In this document: positions 62,089 to 64,000 of the stretch, piece by piece
Layout of the letters: each line of letters starts with the position of its first letter
Position numbering within the stretch: the stretch's first letter is position 1
NCBI GenBank assembly: GCA_964016885.1
Contig: OZ024747.1
Coordinates: forward strand, 34,906,001 to 34,970,000
Direction of reading: 5' to 3'
DNA length: 64,000 nucleotides
DNA from: Eledone cirrhosa
Taxonomy: Eukaryota
Position numbers and translations under genes: made by a program
The notes under the pieces: model-generated
The model's input: only the letters and a program-made list of their open reading frames with translations
The model's database searches: none
What the model was told of the DNA's origin: nothing

Positions 62089-63504
62089 ATGAAAGGATGA
62101 AAGGCAAAGTTAACCGCGGCGGGAGTTGAACTCAGAACGGCAAGGGCCGTAACTCTATGCGTCAAAGCAAGGCGTCCGACCCTCTTCCGATACTGCCAAT
62201 TCACCGCCCTTGTTATTCATCAAATCTTGTTAGATAATATATACAAATTTCAAATCTCATTACGTACAAAGAAAGATGTTGCTGTTATTATTGATGGCGG
62301 TGGATTGGCAGTATCGGTAGAGGGTCAGACGCCATGCTTTGAGGCATAGAGTTACGGCCCTTGCCATTCTGAGTTCAAATCCCGCCGAGGTTATCTTTGC
62401 CTTTAATCCTAACGGGGTCAATAAAATAAAGTACCAATAATACACTGGATTAATTGCTGGCCTTGTGCCAACAGTAGAAACAATTATTGATGGCACGTGT
62501 CCTCATGTAGTTATAGGTTATAACTCTAATTATAATGACGCAATCCTGTAACATTACAATGCCAATGATTCATTAATATCTCAATTGGACAAAAGAATAA
62601 TTTGAATAATACTTCAGTTCTTAAACAGTTAGTTTGTTATAATATAAATCATCGCTCTTATTGTCATCATTCGCTGTTGAGAATTGTATCCATTATACTG
62701 TTAAATTATTAAGTTACTACAATTATATAAATGAATGGAATATGGCTGTGCTAAATTACAGGAGTGAAATAATTATGCATGATACATTATTTAAAAGAGT
62801 AATTCTTTAACTTGAATATATAAATTATCTTTTTAAGAATAATTTAAATAAAATTCTGTTGGAAAGCGTAGAGAAAATGCAATATATTTCTCTACTGTAT
62901 AACACTAATGTATCTCCTCGTCAGGTTTAAAAAGAAAACATTTATCCCATCATTACGGACCTCAAAGAATGTTCTTATATTCTGGGCTTTATATTAAAAG
63001 CCCAAACGCGGAGTATCATGAAAAAAAGGTGCCCAGAACAGGGATAAATAAGACATAATGGGAATATTTTATATAATTGTTTCTACTTTTGGAATAAGGC
63101 CAGCAATTGCCCAGTGTATTACTGGTACTTTATTTTATCGACCCCGTAAGGATGAAAGGCAAAGTTAAACTCGGCGGGATTTGAACTCAGAATGGAAAGG
63201 GCCGTAACTCTTTGCCCCAAAGCATGTCGTCCGACCCTCTACCGATACTGCCAATCCACAGCCTGAAAGTCATTACAATTAATTATTTTCTATTAAAAAC
63301 TTAAAGGTTAGAAATAATTTGAGCATAGTTGAGCGGATTAAATTGATTAGAAATTATTCATGAGATCCATCTGGTGGTAGAGTTGTGCTTGCGAAAGGGG
63401 GTATAATTCAGAAGTCAATTAGATATATTATACAGTCCAGACTGACAGATTTTTAACGATATACAAATACAACTCCGTTAGTAATTGTATACAACAACTA
63501 CAAC

Positions 63505-64000
63505 GGTACGCAACGGGGCCCACCCACAGCCCCGGCGGACAGAATGGAGAAGGCGTTTCCTCGGGGGACGACAAGGGAGACGCGCTGGAAAAGCCACTCC
63601 AACTTGAGGGCTCACACCTACGGCTGGCTAGCTTCGCGCCTATGGTGGTGAGTAAGGAGGTAGCCCTGGGGTCGAGGACACCAGAAGTCTCCATTGCCAG
63701 GGGTACGACTGCAAACCTGTCGGAGAGCGACCGGTATTTGAGGAGTTTGGCCCCGTCAGCCCGACGAGCAGCAGAACCTGGGTCAGTCCCAGAGTGCACC
63801 AGGTTACGGTTCAGAAAGTGTCGGTGCAAGTGGCATCCCAGACGTGGGGGTTTGCCTTCGCAGAACGGGAAGACGGTCATGCCATCTGCCCTTTTCCTTC
63901 CCCTCGATCCAGCCCCACCGGCTCGAGCTGGGAAGGGAAGCCTGCAGCGTCCAAGCCATGCTTTATGACCTCGTTGAGTGCAGCATGGCGTGGAATGCAG
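63505..64000 (-). pseudogene. CRE-like non-LTR retrotransposon 3' end (restriction-like endonuclease), runs off the window
   Basis: [49 protein letters not shown]. Confidence 0.8.

Overview
AT-rich eukaryotic DNA, probably metazoan and perhaps cephalopod (inferred from the SINE type). It is dense in (TA)n/(CA)n/(TC)n microsatellites, and I see no intact host gene. The window is dominated by Penelope-like retroelements (PLEs: RT plus C-terminal GIY-YIG with a CxCx5C linker motif, resembling the Hydra clade) inserted into (TA)n. One is near full length (39421-42782); many others are 5'-truncated, head-to-head inverted pairs. Reading by eye I count about 20 type I hammerhead ribozyme (HHR) motifs with an intact core and about 12 variant or decayed ones, mostly at PLE 3' ends. 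The most notable feature is a non-coding array of near-identical 310-bp units (8921-10483). Each unit carries a minimal HHR in a strongly self-complementary sequence, which makes it a candidate retrozyme (circular-RNA-producing, non-autonomous retroelement). It has the same insertion geometry as the neighbouring PLEs. Several HHRs have unusually long (roughly 45-105 nt) stem II domains. Also present: DD37D Tc1/mariner remnants, Helitron remnants, tRNA-derived SINEs, and RTE, CRE-like and L1/Tx1-like LINE fragments. All structures were found by manual inspection and none was computed or tested.
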